In this document: positions 1 through 11,250 of the stretch, piece after piece
Numbering within the stretch: position 1 is the first letter of the stretch
Layout of the letters: each line of letters begins with the position of its first letter
Program-made: the position numbers and the translations under genes
The notes under the pieces: generated by a model
Seen by the model: the letters and a program-made list of their open reading frames with translations, nothing else
Databases searched by the model: none
What the model was told of the DNA's origin: nothing
Origin: Bacilli bacterium
GTDB taxonomy: Bacteria; Bacillota_I; Bacilli_A; RF39; UBA660
NCBI GenBank assembly: GCA_900769635.1
Contig: CAAGHJ010000016.1
Span: 7,488-71,487, forward strand
Reading direction: 5' to 3'
Length of the DNA stretch: 64,000 nucleotides

Positions 1-420
1 AATAATATAAATAGAGTAAATCAAGGCGTAAATTATAATCCCTCTAATCCAACTCCAACCCCTACAATAATGCCAAATAATATCCAAAATAATAATAATC
101 AAATCCCTAATCAAATGCCCTATAATAATGGAAATAATATCGGTTTTAGTGCAATGAGACCCCAAAATAATATTAATCAAAACCCAAGTCAAAATATACC
201 AAATCAAAGAATGCAAGGCTATCCCACTTTCCAAAATACAAATATCGGAATGCCAAATCAAACCCAATATCAACAAGGAGTATCCCCAAGTATGACCAGT
301 AATACTACCCCACAGAATAATACTTATAATCCCCTAAATGATATGGGAATAAGATTTGTAACCGGAGAAAATAACGCTCCCAAAACTACTGCCGAAGACA
401 ATAACGAATGGAATGTATAA
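1..420 (+). CDS. Asn/Gln/Pro-rich low-complexity protein, C-terminal part (reading frame is open to the left window edge)
   Basis: Frame 1 has no stop from nt 1 to the TAA at 418-420. The track ORF begins at M70, but upstream codons continue the same N/P/T-rich composition. No recognisable domain. Confidence 0.45.
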   Translation, partial: NNINRVNQGVNYNPSNPTPTPTIMPNNIQNNNNQIPNQMPYNNGNNIGFSAMRPQNNINQNPSQNIPNQRMQGYPTFQNTNIGMPNQTQYQQGVSPSMTSNTTPQNNTYNPLNDMGIRFVTGENNAPKTTAEDNNEWNV

Positions 421-438
421 AAAAAGGAGGTTTCCATA

Positions 439-1065
439 ATGAGTGAAGAAGAAATAATGAAAAAATTCAATGAGGCCATTAACGGTCCCAAAAATCCCGA
501 ACCAGCTGAGGCCTATAAAGTAACAAACAACACTAACCTAAATACAGCTAACTTCCAAACTTCAGACCCCCTAAACATCAATATAGTTCCCCAAAATCAA
601 AACGCAAATATTGATACCACTCCCTTAAAAAAAGATGAAACAACAAATAGTAATAATCTATATAATAATCCCAACCCCGTAAATAATATAAATAACATTA
701 TACCAAATGATACCATTCAAAATCAGTATATAAACAATCCCTCTCCTTCTCAAAATACAAATAATATTCCCAATAATACTCTTGCAGAAACCCAACCTGA
801 GCCCCAAATGATGCAAAGAACAACCGTAACAGGAAATCCCATAAATACTCCCGATTTTACCGAAACACCAGTAAACGCAGATAACAATATAAGCTATTCA
901 AATGTAAATTACACCAAAAAAACTCCCAAGAAAAAAAACACCATTACCATAACATCCGAAATTAAACTTGCTATGATAATAGTGATAATACTCTTAGCAT
1001 TTGTATTCTTTTTCCCAGAGATAGTAAAATTTTTTAGAAAAATATTCTTAGGAATTAGTAGATAA
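439..1065 (+). CDS. Asn/Pro-rich protein with C-terminal transmembrane anchor
   Basis: Strong RBS AAAAAGGAGG 8 nt upstream of the ATG. Low-complexity N/P/T-rich body. C-terminal hydrophobic helix LAMIIVIILLAFVFFF. Confidence 0.6.
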   Translation: MSEEEIMKKFNEAINGPKNPEPAEAYKVTNNTNLNTANFQTSDPLNINIVPQNQNANIDTTPLKKDETTNSNNLYNNPNPVNNINNIIPNDTIQNQYINNPSPSQNTNNIPNNTLAETQPEPQMMQRTTVTGNPINTPDFTETPVNADNNISYSNVNYTKKTPKKKNTITITSEIKLAMIIVIILLAFVFFFPEIVKFFRKIFLGISR

Positions 1066-1350
1066 CTTAATAATTAAATTATAATCATCATCATTTGCCA
1101 TAATATTCCTATGAACTTCATTACATTTAGAACACTTATAAACAATCTTATAAGTGTTTTTATGCTTTTGAATACCAATTGGAACAAGCATTCCCAAACA
1201 CTTATTCATTCTATCCCCAGGATTAATATCAACGTGCTTAGAATACAAACAATAAGGACAATGATCACGAGCCGTATACTCAAGCTTCGGCACTCTCTTA
1301 TGACAATTCTCACAAATAAACTCTTCATCAACCATTGTAAATTTTTTCAT
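1048..1350 (-). CDS. RNHCP-domain zinc-ribbon protein
   Basis: Translation MKKFTMVDEEFICENCHKRV...RDHCPYCLYSKH...KCSKCNEVHRN has two CxxC pairs and the RDHCPYC (RNHCP-like) signature. GGAGG RBS precedes the internal ATG at 1350, so the upstream track extension is probably not translated. Confidence 0.7.
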   Translation of the reverse strand: MKKFTMVDEEFICENCHKRVPKLEYTARDHCPYCLYSKHVDINPGDRMNKCLGMLVPIGIQKHKNTYKIVYKCSKCNEVHRNIMANDDDYNLIIKLSTNS

Positions 1351-1490
1351 AGTATTTCCTCCATTTCCTAGTATATCACAAAATTCCCCAAATTGCTTGT
1401 AAAAATACACAAAATATGCTATTATATAAAAGTAACAACATATAAATTATTAAGAAGTATCCAAGATACAAAGTATAGAAAGAGGTAAAT

Positions 1491-3476
1491 ATGAAGAAAA
1501 CAATATGGGCCCTTTTAGCCCTTGTAATTATTCCCATCGGTGTTTATGCCGATAACTTTGAAATAAATTGTCCAAGTAGTGTTGAAGCCAACAAAGAATT
1601 TAGCTGTACCATTAAAGCTACCAGCAGTGATTTCATATTCAGTTATTATGCCAGTCTAGCACTAAATAACGTAAGCTATGTAAGTGATACAAACAAAATA
1701 TACTCCTCAGGTTCCATATCAGCTGACGGCTTAACCCTAACTTCTCCAGCTGAACTAACCAAAATGACCTTTAAGGCTACCCATTCAGGAAGTATAATTT
1801 TACAAAACGCCAGTATAAATGGAAATAGCATAAACAATGCCAAAGCCACCATTAAAGTAAAAAGCTCTGTTTCAAATATCAAAGTAAACGGAGGAGATAT
1901 CGGCTTTAGTTCAGATAAATACGAATACAACATAACCAAAGATAGCAGTAGTGGTGAATTCAAAGTAAGTGCCACCGGTGATGGTATTACCTATAAAAAT
2001 AGTTCCGGAGGAAGCAGTAATGTTATAAAAATAGATTACGGCAAAACCGGCACCATTACCATAACCGGCAGTGATGGAATAATATATAAAGTAAATATAA
2101 CTAGAGAAGATACCAGAAAATCAGATACAACCCTAAAAAGTCTTAAAGTAGGGGATGAAAACATAGAACTAACTACCAAAAAAGAATACAAAGTAGAAGT
2201 TCCCAATAAAATCAAAGAAATAGAATTAAAGGCTGAAGCAACCGATAAAAATGCCAAGGTCGAAGGAAACGGAAAATACGATTTAGCCATAGGAGATAAC
2301 AAATTAGAAATAGTTGTCAAATCCGAAAGCGGTGAAGAAGAAACCTACAAAATAACCGTAACCCGTAAAGAAGCCGTAGATCTAAAAGGAAAAGATAACC
2401 TAAAATCCCTTGAAATAAACGGTGTAAAAATAAAAAAAATAACAAATACAATTTATGCTGGTGTATCAAATGACGAAGAAAAACTAAAACTAGATTACAC
2501 CCTTATAGACGATTCCGGTGAAGTAGAATACGACGAAGACTATACCCTCAAAACCGGAATAAATAAAGTAACCATTAAAGTAACAGACGGAAGTGGTAAA
2601 GAAAAAAAATACACCCTAATAATTATCAAAGAAAAAGATAAAACAATCGTCAATAACAAAAAAGACAAAATAATAACTGCTCTCCAAAACGGAGATGTAA
2701 CCGTTAGATTAACAAATAAAGACGATAAAATAGTAAGTAAAGAAATACTAAGTAAGTTAAATGGAAATAAACTAACTTATGAAATTCTTGGTGATAACGA
2801 TGTCATAATGTATAGTGTAACCTTCTCTGGAAAAGAATTAGAAAACTACGGTAAAGACATAAACTTTGATATCGAATTCAATACCAAAAAACAAATGCTC
2901 ATAAACGATAAATATTATAACATAAGATTTCTCAATGATACTGTCTTGCCAAGCAAAGTAAAAGTAAAAATCTTTATCAAAGATAAATTTCAAAATAACG
3001 ACGGACTCTATCTATATAACTATAACGGTTCCAAAAAATTAGGCCTCATAAACGATAACGTAAAATACAAAGATTACTATGTAAACTTCGATATAAATCA
3101 CTTAAGTGAATACGTCCTCACCAAAGATGAAATCATCTACAAAATGGGCCTACTACCAATACTATTAATAATACTAGTTGTACTTTTAGTTGGCGGACTA
3201 ATAACATTTCTTATAATTAGAAATAAGAAAAATCCCAAACCAAAAACCAAGAAAAAGAAAACCAAAAAAGTAAAAGAAAAAGTAATTAAACCCGTCCAAA
3301 GAGAAATAGAAGAAGAAATTTACGAAGGCGAAACTCCAAATGAAGAACCAAATATCTCCGAAGAACTAGAAGAAGAAACTAAAGAAGAGCACAACAACTC
3401 TACTTCCGAAGAAGAGTTAGAACTCGATGACGATTTTGCTAGTCTTTTAAACGATAACTATAAAAAAGAAGAATAG
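1491..3476 (+). CDS. Cell-surface protein with three cadherin-like beta-sandwich repeats, C-terminal TM anchor and charged tail
   Basis: Signal peptide MKKTIWALLALVIIPIGVYA. Three repeats of the type TLKSLKVGD...YKITVTRKE (cadherin-like PF12733 pattern). TM segment LLPILLIILVVLLVGGLITFLII, followed by a K-rich then E-rich tail. Confidence 0.8.
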   Translation: MKKTIWALLALVIIPIGVYADNFEINCPSSVEANKEFSCTIKATSSDFIFSYYASLALNNVSYVSDTNKIYSSGSISADGLTLTSPAELTKMTFKATHSGSIILQNASINGNSINNAKATIKVKSSVSNIKVNGGDIGFSSDKYEYNITKDSSSGEFKVSATGDGITYKNSSGGSSNVIKIDYGKTGTITITGSDGIIYKVNITREDTRKSDTTLKSLKVGDENIELTTKKEYKVEVPNKIKEIELKAEATDKNAKVEGNGKYDLAIGDNKLEIVVKSESGEEETYKITVTRKEAVDLKGKDNLKSLEINGVKIKKITNTIYAGVSNDEEKLKLDYTLIDDSGEVEYDEDYTLKTGINKVTIKVTDGSGKEKKYTLIIIKEKDKTIVNNKKDKIITALQNGDVTVRLTNKDDKIVSKEILSKLNGNKLTYEILGDNDVIMYSVTFSGKELENYGKDINFDIEFNTKKQMLINDKYYNIRFLNDTVLPSKVKVKIFIKDKFQNNDGLYLYNYNGSKKLGLINDNVKYKDYYVNFDINHLSEYVLTKDEIIYKMGLLPILLIILVVLLVGGLITFLIIRNKKNPKPKTKKKKTKKVKEKVIKPVQREIEEEIYEGETPNEEPNISEELEEETKEEHNNSTSEEELELDDDFASLLNDNYKKEE

Positions 3477-3501
3477 GAAAAGAAAAAACTTTTCCTTTTT
3501 T
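3476..3501 (+). terminator. Rho-independent terminator
   Basis: GGAAAAG-aaaaaa-CTTTTCC hairpin followed by a T6 run, overlapping the stop codon of the surface-protein gene. Confidence 0.7.
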
Positions 3502-3549
3502 CGACTTTTCTCTCACTTCTCATAAGATATAATACAATTGGTGAAGAAA

Positions 3550-3981
3550 ATGAGAACATATTATATCTTTAAAATAAACAGTATCTATTCATATTCCTAT
3601 CGAAATAGGCCCTATCGAATCTACAAACTCCTCGAAGAAGTATACAATATGAAAAGCACTAGCCTCGAAGAAGGCTATAAACTATTCGAAGAAATAGCCC
3701 TTTTCCTAAAACCCAGTGTCCTAAACGAATACATATATTATAATAGTAAAAACGAACAAGGATACCAAGATGAAGGAAATAACCATATATATAAAGAAGG
3801 TGAAGAATACACCAAAATGCAAATCAAAAAATCCACTATTAAATTAACTAGCAATATAAACTATCCCCATTTTTTTGATGAACTAGCCGGTTACGGAGAA
3901 AATCTCTTTGTCTGTGATTTTGAAAACAAAGACTACTTTTGGCTCTATAAAATTGCCTCAAAGGAACTTACCAGTGTATAA
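3550..3981 (+). CDS. sirA: SirA-like protein (sporulation inhibitor of replication, YneE family)
   Basis: About 143 aa. N-terminus MRTYYIFKI and C-terminus LFVCDFENKDYFWLYKI resemble my recollection of B. subtilis SirA (MERHYYTYLIK... CFLAMDFNSKRYGWLNPV). It lies immediately upstream of yneF, as in B. subtilis. A TATAAT at 3528-3533 favours the ATG at 3550 over the track start at 3538. Confidence 0.5.
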   Translation: MRTYYIFKINSIYSYSYRNRPYRIYKLLEEVYNMKSTSLEEGYKLFEEIALFLKPSVLNEYIYYNSKNEQGYQDEGNNHIYKEGEEYTKMQIKKSTIKLTSNINYPHFFDELAGYGENLFVCDFENKDYFWLYKIASKELTSV

Positions 3982-4058
3982 AACCCAAAATTATTCCCAA
4001 AAATATAGACAACTATCCCAATTTCTGATAAAATAATACTATGGAAGGAGTGGTATCT

Positions 4059-4268
4059 ATGCTAAAAGATATCCTATATTTAGTAATAGGTTTAATTGTG
4101 GGAGGCATATTAGGCTTTTTCCTAGCTCGCAAATATATGAAAAAATACCTAAAACAAAATCCACCCATTAATGAACAAATGATAAAAGCAATGATGAGTT
4201 CAATGGGAAGAACACCAAGTCAAAAACAAGTAAACCAAATGATGAAACAAATGAATAAATATATGTAA
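4059..4268 (+). CDS. yneF: UPF0154 family small membrane protein (YneF)
   Basis: N-terminal TM helix followed by [43 protein letters not shown], the typical YneF/UPF0154 sequence. RBS GGAAGGAG is 8 nt upstream of the ATG at 4059. Confidence 0.8.
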   Translation: MLKDILYLVIGLIVGGILGFFLARKYMKKYLKQNPPINEQMIKAMMSSMGRTPSQKQVNQMMKQMNKYM

Positions 4269-4339
4269 TTTATTCTTTTTTTCCAATAAATCTTTCCAAA
4301 AACAAAAAAATATACTATAATAAAAAACGAGGGATAAAT

Positions 4340-5196
4340 ATGAGTAGAATAAACAAAAAAAACAGTATCGGTGGTAGATACATAATATTAATAATACTAG
4401 TAGTACTAGTAATACTATTTGCAGTACTATCTTACGTAGTAAACCACAAAAAAAATCTAAATAAATTTGAAGCACTATTCAAAGATGGAACCGTGTATGT
4501 CGAAAAAATCCTAATGAAACCATTCAAATACTTAGGCGATAAAGTAACGGACTATCAAAAATTAGAAAACGTCTTAGAAAAAAATGACATTCTCGAAGGA
4601 AGCACCAATAGAGTAGATACCCTAATGGCTGAAAATAAAGAACTAAGAAGACAACTAGACGCAATGAAAGAAGAACTAGGAATAACAAACGTCCTAAGCG
4701 AATACGACTATCTAAATGCAACAGTAACCAGTCGCAATGTTCTCTTATGGTATAATACCATAACAATAGATAAAGGAACTTCAAACGGTATCGAAGAAGG
4801 AATGGCTGTCGTAAATGCCAGTGGTCTCATTGGAAGAACTACTAACGTAACAGCCTTTACCAGTGATGTAAAACTAATAACAACCGGAGATACCAATAAC
4901 AAAATATCCGTAACCATATCAAGTGGTGATAACAACCTAAACGGAGTAATGAATGGATATAACTATAAAGACAATTCTCTTATTGTTGAAGGAATAAGTA
5001 ACACCGACACCGTAACCGTTGGGGACTTAGTATACACCTCCGGCTTAGGTGGTGTCTTCCCATCGGGTATTCTCATAGGAAAAGTAAAAAACATCAAAAC
5101 CGACTCTTACGACCTAGCCAAAATAATAGAAGTGGAAATAAGTGCTAATTTTGACGATCTAAATTATGTAGCTGTGTTAAAAAGGAAGAATGACCA

Positions 5197-5200
<4 letters not shown>
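4340..5200 (+). CDS. mreC: Rod shape-determining protein MreC
   Basis: N-terminal TM, coiled-coil LMAENKELRRQLDAMKEEL, C-terminal beta-barrel motifs (GLIGRT...V.LITD; VYTSGLGGVFPSGILIGKV). Followed by mreD. Confidence 0.85.
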
Positions 5201-6851
<1,651 letters not shown>

Positions 6852-6856
6852 AAACC

Positions 6857-6885
6857 TTGTCATTTAAAACAAATTATGATAAAAT
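6857..6885 (+). promoter_or_regulatory. Sigma-A type promoter upstream of rplS
   Basis: TTGTCA, 17 nt spacer, TAAAAT with an extended -10 TG (TGaTAAAAT). Confidence 0.5.
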
Positions 6886-6955
6886 TACAAAGAAAGAGGT
6901 AATCCGCTTATTAAAATTAATTATGATTACTGGAAAGAAAAGGAGATGAATAGAC

Positions 6956-7294
6956 GTGAATTTAATCGATAAGATTACACAAAAACAAATAAATCCTAAC
7001 GTTCCAGAATTCCGTGTAGGAGACACTGTAATAGTAGGATGGAGAGTAAAAGAAGGAAAAAGAGAAAGAACCCAAGACTTTGAAGGAACTGTAATAGCAC
7101 GTAAAGGTGCCGGAGTATCAGAAACATTTACCGTTAGAAGAATAGCATCAGGTGTTGGAGTAGAAAGAATTTTCCCCGTAAATAGTCCTAAAATAGATTA
7201 TTTAAAAGTTGTTAAAAAGGGTAAAGTTAGAAGAGCTAAACTATACTTCTTAAGAAACAGAAAAAAATCTTATAAAATAAAAGAAAGAAGATAA
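6956..7294 (+). CDS. rplS: 50S ribosomal protein L19
   Basis: GTG start after AAAAGGAG. The sequence [10 protein letters not shown]...[40 protein letters not shown] is canonical L19. Confidence 0.95.
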   Translation: MNLIDKITQKQINPNVPEFRVGDTVIVGWRVKEGKRERTQDFEGTVIARKGAGVSETFTVRRIASGVGVERIFPVNSPKIDYLKVVKKGKVRRAKLYFLRNRKKSYKIKERR

Positions 7295-7333
7295 TAAACA
7301 GCTTGTTTATTATCTTTTATTTAAGGAGTCCAA

Positions 7334-7858
7334 ATGAAAAAATTAATAAAAGAATTAATTCCTTATGTAGTAATATTAGTAATCGTAGTATTATTTCGAA
7401 CATATATTGCAACACCAGTTATCGTAAGAGGAGACTCTATGCTTCCCAATCTAAAAGATAAAGAAATGCTTATATTAAGTAAAATAACATATAGATTATC
7501 AAGCATAAAAAGATTTGATGTAGTTGTCCTAGATGAATCCAAAATAGATTCTAGTGATAAACTAATCATTAAAAGAATAATAGGCTTACCTGGAGATTAC
7601 ATAGAATACAAAGATGACATACTATATATAAATGGAAAAGAAGTAAAGGAAAACTATGATAGAGATGTAACCGACGATTTCAAACTCGAAAATATATGTG
7701 CCTGTTCTAAAATTCCCAAAGACAAATATCTTGTCCTAGGCGATAATCGTAGCATCTCCAAAGATAGCAGATATATCGGTTTAATAGATAAAAAGTACAT
7801 CAAAGGCAAGGCCATATTTAGACTATTTCCCCTAAATAAAATGAGCAAAGTAAAGTAG
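7334..7858 (+). CDS. lepB: Signal peptidase I
   Basis: N-terminal TM, catalytic boxes VRGDSMLPNL and IKRIIGLPGD, and LGDNRSISKDSR. Confidence 0.9.
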   Translation: MKKLIKELIPYVVILVIVVLFRTYIATPVIVRGDSMLPNLKDKEMLILSKITYRLSSIKRFDVVVLDESKIDSSDKLIIKRIIGLPGDYIEYKDDILYINGKEVKENYDRDVTDDFKLENICACSKIPKDKYLVLGDNRSISKDSRYIGLIDKKYIKGKAIFRLFPLNKMSKVK

Positions 7859-7921
7859 TGCTAGTTATTAGTACTCCTCTTTTTTTTATCTATACATAGA
7901 ATATATAGAAAGGAGAGAAAT

Positions 7922-8701
7922 ATGGACAGAGATGAAAAAATTCAAAGAATAATCGAAGAAGGAAGAAGATGCCAGCCTAGAACTTGTATAGTTACAGGAC
8001 CTACCGGTCCCACTGGCCCTACAGGACCCGCAACAATTACAGTCGGCACTACTACAACATCTGCCCCAGGAACATCAGCTATAGTTACAAATACAGGTAC
8101 TAATCAAAATGCTATTTTAAATTTCACTATACCAAGAGGTGAAACAGGTGCAACAGGCCCTACTGGTCCCACTGGCCCCCAAGGAATAGCCGGAACTACA
8201 GGAATTACTGGTCCCACTGGCCCAACAGGACCAGCCGGTCCCCAAGGAATACAAGGAGAAATAGGACCAACCGGCCCAACAGGACCAACCGGCCCAACAG
8301 GACCAGCCGGTCCACAAGGATTACAAGGTGTAGCCGGAGTTGCAGGAGCCACTGGTCCCACAGGCCCAACAGGACCAGCCGGCCCCCAAGGTATTCAAGG
8401 TTTAACTGGTGTTGCCGGAGCCCAAGGAGAAATAGGTCCAACAGGACCAACTGGTCCCACAGGCCCTCAAGGATTACAAGGTGTAGCCGGAGCCGCAGGA
8501 GCCACTGGTGAAATAGGCCCCACTGGTCCCACAGGTCCACAAGGAATAGCCGGAACTAATGGTGAAACTCCTACTTTAGCAATAGGAACAGTAACAACTG
8601 GAGCTCCAGGAACTCAAGCCTCAGCTACTATTACTGGTGCAGCCCCAAATTACACATTAAACTTAACTATTCCTCAAGGACCAACAGGCCCACAAGCATA
8701 A
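7922..8701 (+). CDS. Collagen-like triple-helix repeat protein (BclA-like, probable spore surface glycoprotein)
   Basis: Short GPT run (aa 26-36), then an uninterrupted G-X-Y region of about 145 aa dominated by [13 protein letters not shown]. Non-collagenous N- and C-terminal segments. RBS AAAGGAGAG. Confidence 0.9.
   Translation: MDRDEKIQRIIEEGRRCQPRTCIVTGPTGPTGPTGPATITVGTTTTSAPGTSAIVTNTGTNQNAILNFTIPRGETGATGPTGPTGPQGIAGTTGITGPTGPTGPAGPQGIQGEIGPTGPTGPTGPTGPAGPQGLQGVAGVAGATGPTGPTGPAGPQGIQGLTGVAGAQGEIGPTGPTGPTGPQGLQGVAGAAGATGEIGPTGPTGPQGIAGTNGETPTLAIGTVTTGAPGTQASATITGAAPNYTLNLTIPQGPTGPQA
8138..8572 (+). repeat. In-frame G-X-Y (mostly GPT/GPQ/GIA) coding repeat
   Basis: About 48 consecutive Gly-X-Y triplets. 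It is locally GC-rich compared with the rest of the window, and it generates spurious antisense ORFs. Confidence 0.9.
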
Positions 8702-8837
8702 TAAAATATACCTCCTTACAAGGTAAAAAGATGATTAATCTTTACAATGTAATCATCTTTTTATATTTATTAAAAATAAATTTGACAAATGTTTGCTTTT
8801 ATGCTATAATAATTCCCAGTCACAAAGGGGGGAGACT

Positions 8838-10064
8838 ATGAATGATCAAGATATCCTATTAGTAGATGACGTCTACTTATTAATGGAAATAGCAACAACT
8901 ATGTACCAAGATAATGAAGAATATTTAGCCAAAAAACTATACCGTCTATGTAATTACACCAAATTAAATAAAAATATAAAATACTACAAAAAATTAGGAA
9001 TGAAAGAATTAGAGTATTTACAAAAATTAAAAACAATGTATGACAACTTCGATAAAAAAGGCTACTTCCCATTTAACAATAACATTTATAGATGCAGTAC
9101 CGAAGAAATAGAACTAAGACTATCAAAAATAAATGAACTATGGAGTGTATTTACTAAAACCAATAACCCATATTTCCGAATCAAAGAATTTTTACAATTA
9201 TATGATAATATTGAAAAATTTAGAAAATCATATACCCAATTTGTAAACTATACCTTTAAAGATAATTTAATAAACAAAGCCCATATAGCCCTTACAAATT
9301 TTGATAAAATGTATAGTACTCTTAAAGATTATGAAGAAAAAGGACTATTTGCCGAAGTAGTATATCTAACAGAAGTAGAAGAATATAACAAATACTATTA
9401 CACCGCCCGTTATATAATAAAGACATTTTTAAACGCATCAAGTAAGGAAGAATTTCTAAAAGAACAAAAAATTACCGAACAAGAATTATCATACTATGCT
9501 GAAGTAATCGATGAATTAGATGTCGAATTATCAAAAAAATATCAAGCAAAATCACAAACCCTATTACAAATACATAATGAAAAATTAATAAGAACATATA
9601 ACGAATTAACCATCGGCATCAAAACCGGCAAACTTCCTGACGGAACCCCATTTAACACCCTAGAATTCTTAAAAAGAGCCCCATTCATAAATAGGGAAGA
9701 AGTAGCCCTTAGAACAACAGGAGAATTTTATTCCAAAACCATTCAATATTTAAGAAAAAAGCCTGAACTAGATTATGAAACTATAATTATCTATATAAGA
9801 ACCCAAAGATTAGATGATAAAAGTGCTTTTAGACCCATAAGTAAAGAAACAATATATACATCAAAAATAAAACTACAAGATAAATATTTAACTTCTGAAG
9901 ATAAAACAAATATCATAAACTATATAGAATTATCAAATCTACCACTAGTCTATAAAATATATAGTATAGTTAAGAAAATGTATATTTCTGGTGAAATAAA
10001 CACCCAAGATATAGAAAAATTAAAAAATAATAACCAAAATAAAAGAAAGTCTATAAAAAAATAA
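8838..10064 (+). CDS. Hypothetical protein (408 aa, soluble, K/E/Y-rich)
   Basis: RBS GGGGGGAG precedes the ATG at 8838 (MNDQDILL...). Long clean ORF with no domain I can recognise. The hairpin AAAGAAAGT..ACTTTCTTTTTTT spans its stop. Confidence 0.6.
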   Translation: MNDQDILLVDDVYLLMEIATTMYQDNEEYLAKKLYRLCNYTKLNKNIKYYKKLGMKELEYLQKLKTMYDNFDKKGYFPFNNNIYRCSTEEIELRLSKINELWSVFTKTNNPYFRIKEFLQLYDNIEKFRKSYTQFVNYTFKDNLINKAHIALTNFDKMYSTLKDYEEKGLFAEVVYLTEVEEYNKYYYTARYIIKTFLNASSKEEFLKEQKITEQELSYYAEVIDELDVELSKKYQAKSQTLLQIHNEKLIRTYNELTIGIKTGKLPDGTPFNTLEFLKRAPFINREEVALRTTGEFYSKTIQYLRKKPELDYETIIIYIRTQRLDDKSAFRPISKETIYTSKIKLQDKYLTSEDKTNIINYIELSNLPLVYKIYSIVKKMYISGEINTQDIEKLKNNNQNKRKSIKK

Positions 10065-10135
10065 CTTTCTTTTTTTATAAAATTAGTGACAATTAATAAT
10101 AAATTTGGTAAAATAAAAATAAATAAGGAGGAATT

Positions 10136-11242
10136 ATGAACGTAAAAAATAATTATAACGAATGTATAACAAATGTAGCTTGCTCTATTAGAAAATATTT
10201 CAATTTAACGACAAGTCACAATACCCTAAAAGAGGTCGATGATATTTTAAAAGAAAAAAATCCTGAGAATGTCATTGTTCTCTTATTTGACGGAATGGGA
10301 GCCAATATCCTAGATAGAACTTTAAGTAAGAACAGTTATTTCCGCCAGCATAAAGTAAGAAATTTAACAACTGTTTTTCCTGCAACTACTGTTGCCGCAA
10401 CAACAAGCATCCTAACTGGCTTAAATCCCGTTGAAAGTGGTATGTTAGGTTGGAATATGTATTTTAAAGACATAGACAAAACCATTACTGTTTATGAAGA
10501 ATGTCTTAAAGATGACAAAACAAGAACCCCCTTAAAAGAAGCTAAAGTTTTCAAAGAAAAATATATGAAAGACAAAAGCATAATTGAAGAAATAAATGAA
10601 CAAGGAAAATATAAAGCCTATAAACTCTTTCCCTTTGGCAAAAATGCTTATACAGATTTAGATGATATGATGAATAAAATAAATGCACTTTGCAAAAAAT
10701 CAGGTAAGAAATATATCTATGCCTATGACGATGAACCAGATATGCTTATGCACGATTTGGGACCAGATAGTAGGGAAGTAAAGGATCTCATAAGATATAG
10801 AAATCTCAAAGTAGAGGAGTTAAGCAAAAATCTCCAAAATGCTGTAATTATAGTCCTAGCCGACCACGGCCACATACTTGTTAATAATGAAGATTTAAAT
10901 AATTATCCTGATATAACCGCTTGCCTAGAACGAACCACATCCCTAGAACCACGTGCCGTAAATTTCTTCATCAAGTCCGATAAAAAAGAAGAGTTTGCAT
11001 CTGTTTTCAATATGCACTTTAAAGACACTTTCGACCTATATCCTAAAGATGAAATAATCCAAAGTTCTCTTTTCGGTAGTGGCCATCAAAACCCCATTTT
11101 TATAAGTGCCTTAGGGGATTATATAGCCATTGCTAAAGCAAATACTGCTCTAATATATGGAGAAAATTCTTTCAAATCTCATCACGCCGGCTATACAGAT
11201 GACGAAATATACATTCCTCTTATCATAGACACTTGTAATTAG
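10136..11242 (+). CDS. Alkaline phosphatase superfamily protein (type I phosphodiesterase / nucleotide pyrophosphatase-like)
   Basis: Metal and nucleophile motifs LLFDGMG, FPATTVAATTSILTGL.P..SG and LADHGH. RBS AAGGAGG. Confidence 0.75.
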   Translation: MNVKNNYNECITNVACSIRKYFNLTTSHNTLKEVDDILKEKNPENVIVLLFDGMGANILDRTLSKNSYFRQHKVRNLTTVFPATTVAATTSILTGLNPVESGMLGWNMYFKDIDKTITVYEECLKDDKTRTPLKEAKVFKEKYMKDKSIIEEINEQGKYKAYKLFPFGKNAYTDLDDMMNKINALCKKSGKKYIYAYDDEPDMLMHDLGPDSREVKDLIRYRNLKVEELSKNLQNAVIIVLADHGHILVNNEDLNNYPDITACLERTTSLEPRAVNFFIKSDKKEEFASVFNMHFKDTFDLYPKDEIIQSSLFGSGHQNPIFISALGDYIAIAKANTALIYGENSFKSHHAGYTDDEIYIPLIIDTCN

Positions 11243-11250
11243 GAGCCAAT

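Noticed and set aside
1111-1371. 86-aa plus-strand ORF overlapping the RNHCP gene
   Set aside because: The minus-strand frame has the conserved Cys-pair zinc-ribbon pattern and a GGAGG RBS. The plus-strand frame has neither.
8104-8540. Three minus-strand ORFs (85, 66 and 111 aa) inside the collagen-like gene
   Set aside because: They are antisense artefacts of the GC-rich G-X-Y codon repeat (Pro/Gly/Trp-rich translations with no RBS). The plus-strand collagen frame explains the region.
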